Shown one piece after another: positions 18,060-28,862 of a stretch of DNA of 54,625 bases. Source of the DNA: an uncultured bacterium. GTDB lineage: Bacteria; Fidelibacterota; Marinisomatia; Marinisomatales; J089. The notes under the pieces are model-generated. The model was not told the origin of the DNA, searched no databases, and saw nothing but the letters and a program-made list of their open reading frames with translations. The stretch is from assembly GCA_964549745.1 (NCBI GenBank), contig CAZJWP010000003.1, positions 1-54,625 of the forward strand, in the 5' to 3' direction. Positions within the stretch are counted from its first letter, which is position 1. Every line of letters begins with the position of its first letter. The position numbers and the translations under genes are program-made.

Positions 18060-19832
18060 ATGCTGAAAGCAGAAAACCAGATCAGTACCGGCCGTCTATA
18101 CACGGTTTATATTCTGGTAATTCTGGCTGTTGGCAGTCTGCTGTTGCGGTATTTTATTTTACAGATTTACGATCACGAAAAATATAAAACACAGGCTGAA
18201 GTAAACCGAATCCGGGCGGTTCCGATGAAAGCGCCGCGTGGTCTAATCCTGGATCGGAAGGGAACTCTGATTGCTGATAATTTTCCCATGTACGTCTTAA
18301 CTGTTACGCCCGAAGAACAAACAAGTTTAGAATCCATGTTTCATACCATTGAATCATACACCGGATTAGATTCGGCCGGGTTGAGTGAGAATTATCACAG
18401 TTATTTTTTAAGCAAGTATGCACCGGTTCGATTAGCAAAGGATTTGAATTTTTCCCAAATTAGTGCATTGGAAGAAAATCGATATGATTTACCGCACATT
18501 CATTACCAAAAGATCCCTAATCGGTATTATCCATCAAAAATACGTTTATCCCATGTATTGGGTTATATCAAGGAAGCCAATCGATCCATGGTTGAAGATA
18601 AAAGTAATGATGAAAATTATGAACCCGGTGATTTGGTGGGTTGGCAAGGATTAGAAAAATTCTATGAACCGCTTTTGCGTGGAAGAGACGGCGTTCGGTA
18701 TTATGAGGTGGATGCATTCGGGCGTGAAGTGGGACTGTACCAGGATCGTCCGGTTGTGGAACCTGTCCCCGGAAAAAATCTCACATTGACGATTGATGGG
18801 AAATTGCAATTGAAAGCTGAAACTTTAATGAAGGGGAAACCAGGCGCCCTGATTGTATCAGACCCAAAAACCGGAGGTATTTATTGTGCAGTCAGTTCAC
18901 CGGATTATCCATCAGATTTGTTTTCGGGAAAGATTGGTGAACAGGAATGGTCTGGGGTTCTAAGCGATTCGATGAAACCATTGCTCAATCGTCTGATTAA
19001 CGGACTCTACCCGCCTGGTTCAACCTTTAAAATTGTAACCACTTCTTTGCTGTTGAAAAATGGTTCGGTTGATACCAGCAAAAAATACAATTGTGCAGGG
19101 TTTTATCATTTTGGTGATCGAAATTTCCATTGCTGGAATCTTGGCGGGCATGGTGAGCAAAATTTGCGGGAAGGCTTTGTTCATTCCTGTAATATTTACT
19201 TCTTTAATGCGATTCAAAACGAGAAGATGGATGCATTAGCGGAAATGGCTGAGGAATTTGGACTGGGGAAGGTTACAGGAGTGGATTTGCCGTTTGAGTC
19301 ATCCGGTATGGTCCCAAATGTGGATTATATGATGGAAAAATATGGACGATATGGCTGGTCCACCGGTGCTTTACTTAATATGGCGATTGGGCAGGGAGAA
19401 GTGTTGGTGACACCCATGCAAATGGTGCAGTTAATCAATATGGTGGCTATGCATGGGAAAATCCGAAAATTACATTTCAAGAGCGACGTTGAGCCCGATT
19501 GGGTGGAAGGACCTAAATTATCGGAAAATGTGTGGATGCTGTTAGACCGGTATTTGTTTCAGGTAGTTCATGCGCCTCACGGAACCGGAAAGCATGCAGA
19601 TCCCGGAATAGACAGTCTGAAAGTTAGCGGTAAAACAGGAACAGCAGAAAATCCGCATGGTGAACCCCATGCCTGGTTTGTGGGAATTGCACGCCGTGGT
19701 GAGCAGGTGAGAACGGTGGTTGTATTAGTGGAAAATGGCGGACATGGCGGGGCAGTGGCTGCCCCGATCGCAAGGAAAATACTTGAAGAGGCATTTCGCG
19801 AACCTTCGGGAACTTTAGCAAAGAATGAATAG
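18060..19832 (+). CDS. mrdA: Penicillin-binding protein 2 (elongasome transpeptidase)
   Basis: 590 aa. N-terminal TM and PBP dimerisation domain. Transpeptidase motifs STFK (PPGSTFKIV), SCN (HSCNIYF), KTGTA. Confidence 0.9.
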   Translation: MLKAENQISTGRLYTVYILVILAVGSLLLRYFILQIYDHEKYKTQAEVNRIRAVPMKAPRGLILDRKGTLIADNFPMYVLTVTPEEQTSLESMFHTIESYTGLDSAGLSENYHSYFLSKYAPVRLAKDLNFSQISALEENRYDLPHIHYQKIPNRYYPSKIRLSHVLGYIKEANRSMVEDKSNDENYEPGDLVGWQGLEKFYEPLLRGRDGVRYYEVDAFGREVGLYQDRPVVEPVPGKNLTLTIDGKLQLKAETLMKGKPGALIVSDPKTGGIYCAVSSPDYPSDLFSGKIGEQEWSGVLSDSMKPLLNRLINGLYPPGSTFKIVTTSLLLKNGSVDTSKKYNCAGFYHFGDRNFHCWNLGGHGEQNLREGFVHSCNIYFFNAIQNEKMDALAEMAEEFGLGKVTGVDLPFESSGMVPNVDYMMEKYGRYGWSTGALLNMAIGQGEVLVTPMQMVQLINMVAMHGKIRKLHFKSDVEPDWVEGPKLSENVWMLLDRYLFQVVHAPHGTGKHADPGIDSLKVSGKTGTAENPHGEPHAWFVGIARRGEQVRTVVVLVENGGHGGAVAAPIARKILEEAFREPSGTLAKNE

Positions 19833-21054
19833 ACGTTTTTCCAGCGATCGTTTCTCAGATTTTCCGATTCATGTACTTTTAGCCGTTATTTTTTTATCCG
19901 GTATCGGAATTCTGGCACTTTACAGTATTGCCTTAAATCAACCGGGAACGTGGTACTCCCATTCTTATGCAAAACAATTACTTTTCTTAATCCTGGCCTT
20001 AAGTTTCACGTTTTTGATTTATCTCATTCCGCTTTCGCGAATATATAAGTCTGCTTACTGGTTGTACAGTTTGTCGATCATAGCGATCTGTATTCCGTTT
20101 TTCCTCCCATCAGTGGCCGGAACACATCGTTGGATCACCTTTGGCGGAATACAATTTCAGCCCTCGGAGTATGCTAAAATATTCACCGTCATTGCCATTG
20201 CCCGATATCTATCCGATCGCAAACCGGAGTCGATGAAATTCACCTATATACTTCCAGCGATGGCTTTAGCGATTATACCTACAGCAATTGTGGCTAAACA
20301 ACCGGACCTGGGAACCGCGATTATCATTATTGCCCCTTTGTTTCCATTGCTGTTTTGGAGCGGAGCCAAATTGATCCACCTTTTTCTATTTCTGGGACCG
20401 GTGGTAAGTATTTTAACGGCATTTCACTCCGTGTCCTTTACAATATGGGGAATATTACTTTTGGGAATCATATATCTGTTGAAGCCTTCCATATTCAACG
20501 GAGCCATTCTCTATTTTAGTAATCTCTTTCTTGGACTATTATCTCCAAAGGTGTGGTCTTTATTAAAACCTTATCAGCAAGACCGGATTCTGACGTTTCT
20601 TAATCCGGAAAAAGATCCCTTGGGAGCTGCGTACCAAATTATTCAAAGTCAGACAGCCATTGGTTCCGGTGGACTCTTTGGAAAGGGTTTGGGGCAGGGA
20701 ACCCAAACGCATTTGAAATTCCTTCCCGTGCAGGAATCCGATTTCATCTTATCTGTGATTGGTGAGGAATTGGGCTTTATTATCGTGGCAATGGTTCTGG
20801 TTGTCTTTGCCTGGTTGATTCTCAGAACCATTCGAAAAGGATACCAATCGAAGGACCGGTTTACCGGGATGGTCCTATTGGGATTTTCGATTATTATTTT
20901 GGCTCATGTCTTCGTGAATACGGCGATGACCGTGGGGATGATCCCGGTCAAAGGACTTCCGCTTCCTTTTATTTCGTATGGCGGTTCGTTCCTGTTATCC
21001 ACGTACATGATGATGGGATTCATCCTCCAATCGGAGCAATCAATCCAAACATAA
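19825..21054 (+). CDS. rodA: Peptidoglycan glycosyltransferase RodA (SEDS family)
   Basis: 409 aa polytopic protein. SEDS motifs QPSEYAKI, ESDFILSVIGEELG, PVKGLPLPFISYGGS. Follows mrdA. Confidence 0.9.
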   Translation: MNRRFSSDRFSDFPIHVLLAVIFLSGIGILALYSIALNQPGTWYSHSYAKQLLFLILALSFTFLIYLIPLSRIYKSAYWLYSLSIIAICIPFFLPSVAGTHRWITFGGIQFQPSEYAKIFTVIAIARYLSDRKPESMKFTYILPAMALAIIPTAIVAKQPDLGTAIIIIAPLFPLLFWSGAKLIHLFLFLGPVVSILTAFHSVSFTIWGILLLGIIYLLKPSIFNGAILYFSNLFLGLLSPKVWSLLKPYQQDRILTFLNPEKDPLGAAYQIIQSQTAIGSGGLFGKGLGQGTQTHLKFLPVQESDFILSVIGEELGFIIVAMVLVVFAWLILRTIRKGYQSKDRFTGMVLLGFSIIILAHVFVNTAMTVGMIPVKGLPLPFISYGGSFLLSTYMMMGFILQSEQSIQT

Positions 21055-21074
21055 TCCGGGTTTTCTAACCCGGA
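21055..21074 (+). terminator. GC-rich hairpin immediately after the rodA stop (no U-tract)
   Basis: tccgggtt-ttct-aacccgga forms a perfect 8-bp stem starting 1 nt after the TAA. It is followed by aaagat rather than a T-run, so intrinsic-terminator function is uncertain. Confidence 0.3.
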
Positions 21075-21148
21075 AAGATATTGATGTTCGCTGCTTCTCG
21101 TCGGTAAATTTGGAGGATTCGATCCGGCAATTTACTAAAAGGACACGT

Positions 21149-21970
21149 ATGCGACAGATTTCCTTCAATAAAATCATACCTATCTGCCTGCTCCTTCTCT
21201 TAACATTCGTTTTCGGTCAACAATCCGAACTCGAACGTCAGGTCAAACGTTTGGATGCCAGAATCAATCGCGAACAAGTACGCATTGATTCACTTGAGAA
21301 CCAGATCAATATTATTTTGCCGGATCTCAAGAATACGCTACGAGCAGCAACGGATGCCAAAAAGCAATCCGATTCGGTTGATATTTCGATCATCAATAAA
21401 ATCAATACCATTCAGAATAAAATCCATATCCTGGAAGACAAAGCTGCCTACACAGACAGTACAAATTTCCAGATCCTTGCCCAGTTGGTCATGATCGAAA
21501 ATAAAGTGGTGACTTTGACCAATAGTTTTAAAGAGATGTATGATTTAAAAAATGAACCACCCAAAACCAGTCCTACTGCAAAACTCACACCACAACAATA
21601 CAAAAACCAATATATCGAAAGTTTGAGCAATTATCAGAACGGTCGCTATGATGAAGCTATTAAGGGTTTTGCGAGTTTAGTTGTGGCTGACCCAACCAAT
21701 GAATTGGCAGACAATAGTCAATACTGGCTGGCGGAATGTTATTACTCAGAAAAGAATTACAAACGATCTGTGCTTGAATTTGAAAAGGTGTTCACCTTTC
21801 CCGGAACCGATAAAGACGACGACGCTCAATTGAAACTTGGATTGGCTTATCAAAGCATGGGTGATATTGAAAAAGCAAAAGAAGAATACCAACATTTACT
21901 CGACTACTTCCCAGCCAGCGAGTATGTTGATAAAGCTAAAGAAACATTGAAACAACTAAACGAGGAATAG
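21149..21970 (+). CDS. CpoB/YbgF-like periplasmic protein (coiled coil + C-terminal TPR)
   Basis: ATG at 21149 followed by a signal peptide. An N-terminal coiled coil (LERQVKRLDARINREQVRIDSLENQ). A C-terminal YbgF-type TPR block (YDEAIKGFASLV...NSQYWLAECYY...DAQLKLGLAY...). No tol-pal genes are adjacent. Confidence 0.65.
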   Translation: MRQISFNKIIPICLLLLLTFVFGQQSELERQVKRLDARINREQVRIDSLENQINIILPDLKNTLRAATDAKKQSDSVDISIINKINTIQNKIHILEDKAAYTDSTNFQILAQLVMIENKVVTLTNSFKEMYDLKNEPPKTSPTAKLTPQQYKNQYIESLSNYQNGRYDEAIKGFASLVVADPTNELADNSQYWLAECYYSEKNYKRSVLEFEKVFTFPGTDKDDDAQLKLGLAYQSMGDIEKAKEEYQHLLDYFPASEYVDKAKETLKQLNEE

Positions 21971-21978
21971 AACTATCC

Positions 21979-22806
21979 ATGCCACGAAAAATATTTTATC
22001 TAACGACGGAAATCAATCCATTTGCATCCACGTCTCCCTTAGGAGAATTTTCGGTTCAGGTACCATTGGCCCTCCAGAATAAGGGACATGACATTCGCAC
22101 AATGATTCCGAAATACGGATTTGTCAGTGAACGAAAATATATACTAAGAGAAGTCATTCGGTTACGGGAAATCCCATTCAAATTTGACGGGAAAGATCAG
22201 ATCGTATCCGCTAAAAGCGCGTTTATTCCGAAAACCAGAGTTCAGGTCTATTTTCTTGAAGATGATGAATGGTTTAAACCTTTGAATAATCTTCTGTATA
22301 AATCGAAAAACGGTCGTGTCATGAGTGACAACGATCTCCGTTCATCGTTTTACAGTTCTGCAGCCCTGGCTTCATTACCACATTTGTTTTGGAGTCCGGA
22401 TATTGTGATGTGCAATGGCTGGCAATCATCACTAGTGCCGCAGGTTTACCGCGAAATTTATGCCGATGATCCATTCTATAAAGATATCCATACCGTCATG
22501 GTTATTCATGGTATGGATGAATATCAGGATTTTACGCGTGAAGCATATAATACTGCTGGTGTGACGATCCCGAAGGAATTAAAAGGCAAAACATTAAATT
22601 GTTATGAAGTTGCGGCATACTCTGCGGACAGAATCATCATTTTTGATACACCGTCTGCTAAAAATTCCGATCAACTATTGAAGCTTAAAGGCCTCAAAGC
22701 CAATTCGTCTAAAATTGATATAATTGAATGGGATGACGATGAAAATCCTGACTTCAATGCAATTGCGGAAAATGTTGAAGTTGCTATAGAGAAACTTTTC
22801 GCTTAA
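21979..22806 (+). CDS. Short glycogen/starch-synthase-like protein (Glyco_transf_5 N-terminal domain only)
   Basis: 275 aa. The N-terminus KIFYLTTEINPFASTSPLGEFSVQVPLALQNKGHDIRTMIPKYG resembles the GlgA catalytic N-domain. The C-terminal GT-B half is absent. Confidence 0.65.
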   Translation: MPRKIFYLTTEINPFASTSPLGEFSVQVPLALQNKGHDIRTMIPKYGFVSERKYILREVIRLREIPFKFDGKDQIVSAKSAFIPKTRVQVYFLEDDEWFKPLNNLLYKSKNGRVMSDNDLRSSFYSSAALASLPHLFWSPDIVMCNGWQSSLVPQVYREIYADDPFYKDIHTVMVIHGMDEYQDFTREAYNTAGVTIPKELKGKTLNCYEVAAYSADRIIIFDTPSAKNSDQLLKLKGLKANSSKIDIIEWDDDENPDFNAIAENVEVAIEKLFA

Positions 22807-22823
22807 TTCGTCGTAGCCCATCC

Positions 22824-24050
22824 ATGCAAAAAATACTTCTTCGAGCGTCGTATTGGGCGCTCTTTAGTCTCATCATCTGGAATTGCGAAAAAATACCGAC
22901 ACAAAATGGGTTACCTCCGGGAAATCTATTCAATGTTGACACGTTATCTTTACATCAATTCAGTGGTTATACCATTAAAGTTGCTCCTGAATTGGGTAGC
23001 CAAACCAGGTTATATCTTGGCACCTTTGATTCCGTTTCCTGTGACTATGCATTGATCCAATTTGCGAAAGTATCTTCGTCCAATTCGTTATTAACATGGT
23101 CCAAACTATGGGAGTCGGATTCGATTGTAGTAGATAGCATTTATTTCCGAATCCCCATAAATATTGATTCAACGACCCTCAGTACCGGTTGGGCACCGCC
23201 CGATGTAAATTGTTATAATTTTTCAACCGTATCTGACTCTATTTTTAATGAAAGTACAACTAACTATTTGAATTTTACCGATGCGGATTTCCAACAAGGG
23301 ACGCTTTTCACTACCGGTGATTTCAAGATAATTCCACCCGATTCCGGTGATCCATATTTACAGTGGGACTTTTCCAATGTATCCCAGACATTCATCGATT
23401 CGAACAGCAGTCGAACGGTTGGATTGCAACTTGTCAATGCTTCCGGAGATTCGTTGCGATTATTCAGCAGTGAAGCTTCCAGTACCCCTGAAATTGTAGT
23501 CAGTTATGTTACATTGGATACGGCTAATACGATTGTGGATACAATCACGGCTACATTTCTGGTCACAAAGGATCTGACAATTGCTCAACCACCTGAAGTA
23601 TCACAGAAAGACCAAAATCAGTTAACGGTATCGGCGGCCAGAGGTTTAAAAGCTGTTCTTAATTTGGACCTGAGTCCTTTAGATTCGTTATCAGGTTCAA
23701 TCGTTTATGAAAAAGCAAACCTGTCATTGCCGGTTACTGATGATATGGATTCCTTGGAGTTCAATATCTGGGTCGCACCCATCGCTGATACGTTGACCTA
23801 TTCGGGATTTCAAGACCTGGGTTCGGATTCAATTTCAGTTCAGAGCTACTATTTGGTATCCGGTACAATGAAGAATAATATGTTAAATGTAGATATGGCT
23901 CCGATCCTCCAGGCATTTAGACAAAACTCCTTTCCCAATTTGGGATTAAAACTTTATGGGAAAACAACCTCAAGTCCGTTCCAGGTTTTGCATATCGATC
24001 CCCAGAATGATTCAAACACACTAAAGGTCACCTATGTTCAGGCAAACTAA
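22824..24050 (+). CDS. Hypothetical lipoprotein (possibly DUF4270-like, judged by position after the short GlgA-like gene)
   Basis: 408 aa. Signal peptide with Cys (LIIWNCEK). Ser/Thr/Asn-rich beta-type sequence. The family assignment rests only on remembered Bacteroidota synteny. Confidence 0.45.
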   Translation: MQKILLRASYWALFSLIIWNCEKIPTQNGLPPGNLFNVDTLSLHQFSGYTIKVAPELGSQTRLYLGTFDSVSCDYALIQFAKVSSSNSLLTWSKLWESDSIVVDSIYFRIPINIDSTTLSTGWAPPDVNCYNFSTVSDSIFNESTTNYLNFTDADFQQGTLFTTGDFKIIPPDSGDPYLQWDFSNVSQTFIDSNSSRTVGLQLVNASGDSLRLFSSEASSTPEIVVSYVTLDTANTIVDTITATFLVTKDLTIAQPPEVSQKDQNQLTVSAARGLKAVLNLDLSPLDSLSGSIVYEKANLSLPVTDDMDSLEFNIWVAPIADTLTYSGFQDLGSDSISVQSYYLVSGTMKNNMLNVDMAPILQAFRQNSFPNLGLKLYGKTTSSPFQVLHIDPQNDSNTLKVTYVQAN

Positions 24051-25311
24051 GAAAGAACTTCTGATTGTCTTCCTGTTCAGTTCTTTCATCGCAGCACAGG
24101 TGATGATCGGTACAACCGGATTGGGAAGTTTTAGTAAGGCGGCACTTCCCTCAACACTTGGGAATACTGCAGGATTTGCTCATGACCTGGGAGCAAAGAT
24201 ATCAACATCCGATCCATCATCGTGGCGCCATTTACGATTTACACTGGTTCGGGCAAATTACAGCGGGTCCGATATTGAAAATGGAAGTGGTACCGTACAG
24301 AGTCAAAGTGGATTGGACCACTTGCAATTCATTATTCCGATAAAAAATGATTGGGGAATTGGCTTCGGAGTCGAGCCCTATCTTGAGCAATCCTATTCCA
24401 TACGTAGTGAAGAATTGACTAAAGTATTCTGGGCAGATTCAATTTATCAAAATGGGAGCAAAAGCTCAGCCGGTGGATTGTCGTCGGCTTATTTCGGGAT
24501 AGGGACTCATATTAAAGACAACTACGAAGTTGGAATCAAACTGATTCATCTATATGGTGCACAACGTTTGAAAACTTCACTTTCACTGAATAGTGATAAT
24601 TTTATCCAATGGACCTCCCAAGTCTATTCCGGTGATGTTTTTAAACTTTATTTTGCTGTAAATGACTTACCTGTTAAAAAGCACACAGCAAACGTCAGGT
24701 TCGCAATGGGATTGACCTCCGTTCCGGTTAAGATGACTCAAAAGAAATACCAGCTTTTTCTGGATAGTAACCAGGGCGGGATAAGTAACGATGTTCAAGA
24801 TAATTATGATACACCATATCCATCGCTGAATCTGGATCCAATCGCATCCGCGTACCACAATACACATGCACCTCTCACATTTGAATTCTCAGGCGATGTG
24901 AATATTGGGAAGAATTCAATGGCAGATATTCAACTCAGTTACTGGAAAGAAACTGCGGATAATGCCGGATTACTAACATTGAATAACGATCCACTGAATT
25001 ACAATCTTAATGGAGAATTCAGCTTCCATAAATATCCAGATCAATATTTGAAATCGTTCAGCTCCAGACTTCAATACACTGCCGGAGTTTACGGAAGTCA
25101 GTATGCATTTTCAGGAATAACCAATCCTGTAAATGAATTGGGTCTCAAATCCGGACTTAGCATTAAATTTGGTCCGGCCGAAAATTTCTTAGATTTTAAT
25201 TACAGTTTCGGACTGCGTTCCGGAGGAGAGATTTCGGCAAAATCAATCCGGAAATTTTCAATCGGGTTAACCATAAGTGATTTATGGTTCGTAAAAAGGA
25301 GAGAAATTTGA
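24034..25311 (+). CDS. Putative outer-membrane beta-barrel protein
   Basis: 425 aa. Signal peptide (LFSSFIAAQV). Alternating-hydrophobic strands throughout and aromatic-rich C-terminal strands (FSIGLTISDLWF). Confidence 0.5.
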   Translation: MFRQTKKELLIVFLFSSFIAAQVMIGTTGLGSFSKAALPSTLGNTAGFAHDLGAKISTSDPSSWRHLRFTLVRANYSGSDIENGSGTVQSQSGLDHLQFIIPIKNDWGIGFGVEPYLEQSYSIRSEELTKVFWADSIYQNGSKSSAGGLSSAYFGIGTHIKDNYEVGIKLIHLYGAQRLKTSLSLNSDNFIQWTSQVYSGDVFKLYFAVNDLPVKKHTANVRFAMGLTSVPVKMTQKKYQLFLDSNQGGISNDVQDNYDTPYPSLNLDPIASAYHNTHAPLTFEFSGDVNIGKNSMADIQLSYWKETADNAGLLTLNNDPLNYNLNGEFSFHKYPDQYLKSFSSRLQYTAGVYGSQYAFSGITNPVNELGLKSGLSIKFGPAENFLDFNYSFGLRSGGEISAKSIRKFSIGLTISDLWFVKRREI

Positions 25312-26594
25312 TGAACAGAAGTTACCGACTTACAGGTCGATTGATGTCTATATTTCTGGGCGTGACGCTCCTCGTGATGTGCGTTCCTCCGGAAGATCAG
25401 GGTGCCGAAACACCCAAGGAGAATAGTACCCTGGATTCATTGCGAAACGTCCGCTGCCCGCGATTGATGAGTTCCGCCGCTGAATACTATCGGAATCAAG
25501 ATTGGCCTGCCACTGTACGTATATATAAGCAGGTTGTTGATTTGGGTTGCGATGAATCCCACCCGGAATATGCTCCACCTGAAGATATTTATCTCTATTA
25601 TGCCATCGCCTATGAATACCAGGGGAAGTACGATAGTTCAGAATTTGTTCTTTTGAAGGGATTGCAAAAACTGCCGGATAACCTGGATTTACGGAAACGA
25701 TTGGCTTATTCATATAAGAAACAAAATGAAGTTGAAAAAGAGATCGTTGAATATGAACGAATGGCACAAATGGCGCCTGAGGATAAAAGTGTTTTAACTG
25801 ATCTTGCCGATCTTTATAGTGATGCAGAAAGATACAAAGATCAGATTGAGGTTCTGCGACGCTTAATAAAATTGGAACCCGCCAATGAAATATTTCAGAA
25901 TAAATTAGCAATTGCTTACGAAAAAAGCGGCCAGGATCCTCTGGAGTTCAAAAAAGAACGATATGAGAAAAATCCCGGTAATGTTTCGTTCGGGATGGAT
26001 TATGCTGAGAGTTTAAATCAAGCCGACCGTTCAGAAGAAGCAATTGACGTTTTAAAAAACGTGATTAGCACGGATAATTCCAGCAGTCTGGCGTATCGAA
26101 CATTAGCGGAAACTTATAAGAGAGTCGACAATCTGGACGATGCTTCTAATGCTTATGAGGAAGTATTTAAACTTGATCCGCGCGATTATACAGTTGCGAT
26201 TCAGATTTCAGACTTAAACATTGAACTTCGCAATTTTGACAAAGCCTTACGCTGGGCGGAAAAAGCCATTCAGGTTTCAGGATCAAAGGGTGAATCCATT
26301 GGCCAAAAGGGTAAGGTGTATTACAAAGCTTTTCAAACATTACGCGGTCCAAGCATTACGGATGACGACCGAATTGTCGCTTCATTGGCAGACATCTATT
26401 TCAAACAAGCGGAAGAAAAGGGTTATAATGGATTTGGTTCATCCAAGGAATGGCTCTCAGAAAATGAAGTGCTATTTACAAAAGCGAACTGGTTCATGCT
26501 CGATCCAAAAGTCAAGAATCGCGGTTATGTCCTGCCCCAGGGTGAACAATATGGCTGGGTCACAGAGAAACTGAATAAACAACCTAGTTGGTGA
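25311..26594 (+). CDS. TPR-repeat lipoprotein
   Basis: The ATG at 25311 overlaps the upstream TGA. Lipobox-like LLVMC. Multiple TPR-like units ([55 protein letters not shown], and others). Confidence 0.7.
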   Translation: MNRSYRLTGRLMSIFLGVTLLVMCVPPEDQGAETPKENSTLDSLRNVRCPRLMSSAAEYYRNQDWPATVRIYKQVVDLGCDESHPEYAPPEDIYLYYAIAYEYQGKYDSSEFVLLKGLQKLPDNLDLRKRLAYSYKKQNEVEKEIVEYERMAQMAPEDKSVLTDLADLYSDAERYKDQIEVLRRLIKLEPANEIFQNKLAIAYEKSGQDPLEFKKERYEKNPGNVSFGMDYAESLNQADRSEEAIDVLKNVISTDNSSSLAYRTLAETYKRVDNLDDASNAYEEVFKLDPRDYTVAIQISDLNIELRNFDKALRWAEKAIQVSGSKGESIGQKGKVYYKAFQTLRGPSITDDDRIVASLADIYFKQAEEKGYNGFGSSKEWLSENEVLFTKANWFMLDPKVKNRGYVLPQGEQYGWVTEKLNKQPSW

Positions 26595-26598
26595 TACC

Positions 26599-27906
26599 AT
26601 GGCCTTTCCGGCATTACAAAAATCAGATTCAGAAGCTTTTGAAATCCTGAAACGTGAAATCAAGCGTGAAGACAGTACGCTTGAACTCATTGCCTCCGAA
26701 AATTTCGTAAGCCGGGCAGTATTGGAAATGGCTGGCGGAGTCATGACCAATAAATATGCGGAAGGTTATCCCGGGAAGCGTTATTATGGCGGCTGCGAAT
26801 TTGTTGATGAAGCAGAAAATTTAGCCCGGGAGCGAGCCAGCCGGCTGTTTGACGCAGAATATGTGAATGTACAGCCGCATTCCGGTTCTCAGGCAAATAT
26901 GGCAGCATTGCTGACATTTGCGAAAGTCGGCGACACGGTCATGGGGCTTGATTTGGCACATGGGGGGCATTTGACCCACGGAAGTCCGGTTAATTTTTCC
27001 GGAAAACTTTTTAATATTGTATCCTACCATTTAAAAGCAGAGACAGGCCGCGTTGATTTTGATGAAGTCTGGCAACTGGCACGGGAACACCGACCAAAGG
27101 TAATTATTTGTGGTGGAAGCGCCTATCCGCGTTTTATCGAGTTCGCCCAGTTCCGGGAAGTCGCGGATGAAGTCGGTGCCTATTTGATGGCAGACATTGC
27201 GCATCCGTCCGGTCTGGTTGCAACAGGTATTCATCCCTCGCCAATGCCTTATTGCGATGTCGTGACCACAACCACACATAAAACACTTCGCGGTCCGCGG
27301 GGTGGAATGATTATGGTTGGACAAGATAAAGAAAATCCTTTTGGGATAGTTGCTCCAAAATCAGGACGGGTTAAAAATATGTCTGAAGTTTTGGATTCGA
27401 TGGTTATGCCCGGGATACAAGGTGGCCCGCTGATGCATATTATCGCTGCTAAAGCAGTAGCTTTTGGTGAAGCATTGCAACCGGAGTTTAAAACCTATTC
27501 GGAACAGATTGTGACCAACGCAAAAACCATGGCGGACGCCTTTTTAAAACGTGATTATCAATTGGTTTCCGGCGGGACCGATACGCATTTATTGCTCATT
27601 GACCTTACGAATAAAGACATCACGGGAAAAGCAGCGGAGAAAGCGCTTGAAAGGGCAGGAATTACCGTGAATAAAAATATGGTTCCTTTTGATAAGCGTT
27701 CTCCATTTATCACAAGCGGGATTCGGATCGGAACTCCGGCAGTCACAACGCGCGGGTTCGGAACCGATGAAATGGACCGCATCGTTGAGTTGATAGATAA
27801 AGTCATTACCCATCCGGATGATTCCAAAATCGAACAGGATGTTCGGAAGGATGTGAATGGCTTGTGCCAATCTTTTCCATTGTATCGTGAATTAATCGAG
27901 GATTGA
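26599..27906 (+). CDS. glyA: Serine hydroxymethyltransferase
   Basis: 435 aa. Motifs [22 protein letters not shown], and the PLP-lysine region [14 protein letters not shown]. Confidence 0.97.
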   Translation: MAFPALQKSDSEAFEILKREIKREDSTLELIASENFVSRAVLEMAGGVMTNKYAEGYPGKRYYGGCEFVDEAENLARERASRLFDAEYVNVQPHSGSQANMAALLTFAKVGDTVMGLDLAHGGHLTHGSPVNFSGKLFNIVSYHLKAETGRVDFDEVWQLAREHRPKVIICGGSAYPRFIEFAQFREVADEVGAYLMADIAHPSGLVATGIHPSPMPYCDVVTTTTHKTLRGPRGGMIMVGQDKENPFGIVAPKSGRVKNMSEVLDSMVMPGIQGGPLMHIIAAKAVAFGEALQPEFKTYSEQIVTNAKTMADAFLKRDYQLVSGGTDTHLLLIDLTNKDITGKAAEKALERAGITVNKNMVPFDKRSPFITSGIRIGTPAVTTRGFGTDEMDRIVELIDKVITHPDDSKIEQDVRKDVNGLCQSFPLYRELIED

Positions 27907-27943
27907 TATGGATTGAAAACTGTCTCGGAAAGTACATTCCGAT

Positions 27944-28855
27944 ATGGTTTACACCCGCCTAAAACGTCTGCTTAGCTTCTCAGCTGTCGTATTATTATAT
28001 AATTGCAGTCCTACTGCGATTATTAGCCACCAGCTCCAACCTTTTTTTAAAAACCTGGAATTCTCCTATGAATCAGAGCAGGACCCGGAATTGGTTGCTG
28101 CTTCTTTTCCAACCAACCTCAAAATAATAGATGCTCTAATCCAATCAAATCCTAACAGTACGGATTTACTTTTATTAGGTTGTTCTTCGTACACGTCATA
28201 CACTTACGGATTTGTGATGGAAAAGGCTGATCGGCTTATCCAAACGGACTATAATGCCGGGTTAACCGAATACCATCGAGCTGAATACTTGTTTAAGCGT
28301 GCCTATGATTATGGATTCCAATCGTTAGAGAAGAGCCATAAAGATCTGGATGAAATGGTACGTCAAAAGGATTTCCTTAGCACAAATCCATTTGGGAAGA
28401 AGGAAGTACCGGCATTATACTGGACTGCAGCATCACTTGGAGGCGTAATCGCTTCCAGCCAGGCTGATCCGAAATGGGTGATCCGCCTACCGGAAGTAAC
28501 CTGGTTGATGAACTGCGCTTTAAGTCTTGATCCGGATTGGAATGAGGGAAGTATCTATTCAGCCATGATTTCGATAACACTTTCGCGATCAGATTTGGGG
28601 CCAGAAAAAGACTCATTGGCCCAAGACTACTTTCAAAAAGCTTTATTAGCATCAGGTGGAAATGACGCATCAATATTTGTTACTATGGCAGAGAAGGTTT
28701 CCGTTCGGATTCAGGACCGGCAGGCGTTTCACCAATACCTTGAAAAAGCATTGGATATCGACGTAGCCAAAACTCCTGAGAATCGATTGGCAAACGTGAT
28801 CGCCCAAAAGCGGGCGAATTGGTTGTTAAGCAGGGAAGACGAACTGTTTTACTGA
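27944..28855 (+). CDS. tatT: TRAP-transporter-associated TPR lipoprotein (TatT family)
   Basis: 303 aa. Lipobox LLYNCS. All-helical TPR-like protein immediately upstream of DctP- and DctQM-type genes, the arrangement described for Treponema pallidum TatT/TatP(T). Family membership is inferred from context and overall pattern. Confidence 0.65.
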   Translation: MVYTRLKRLLSFSAVVLLYNCSPTAIISHQLQPFFKNLEFSYESEQDPELVAASFPTNLKIIDALIQSNPNSTDLLLLGCSSYTSYTYGFVMEKADRLIQTDYNAGLTEYHRAEYLFKRAYDYGFQSLEKSHKDLDEMVRQKDFLSTNPFGKKEVPALYWTAASLGGVIASSQADPKWVIRLPEVTWLMNCALSLDPDWNEGSIYSAMISITLSRSDLGPEKDSLAQDYFQKALLASGGNDASIFVTMAEKVSVRIQDRQAFHQYLEKALDIDVAKTPENRLANVIAQKRANWLLSREDELFY

Positions 28856-28862
28856 GAGAATT

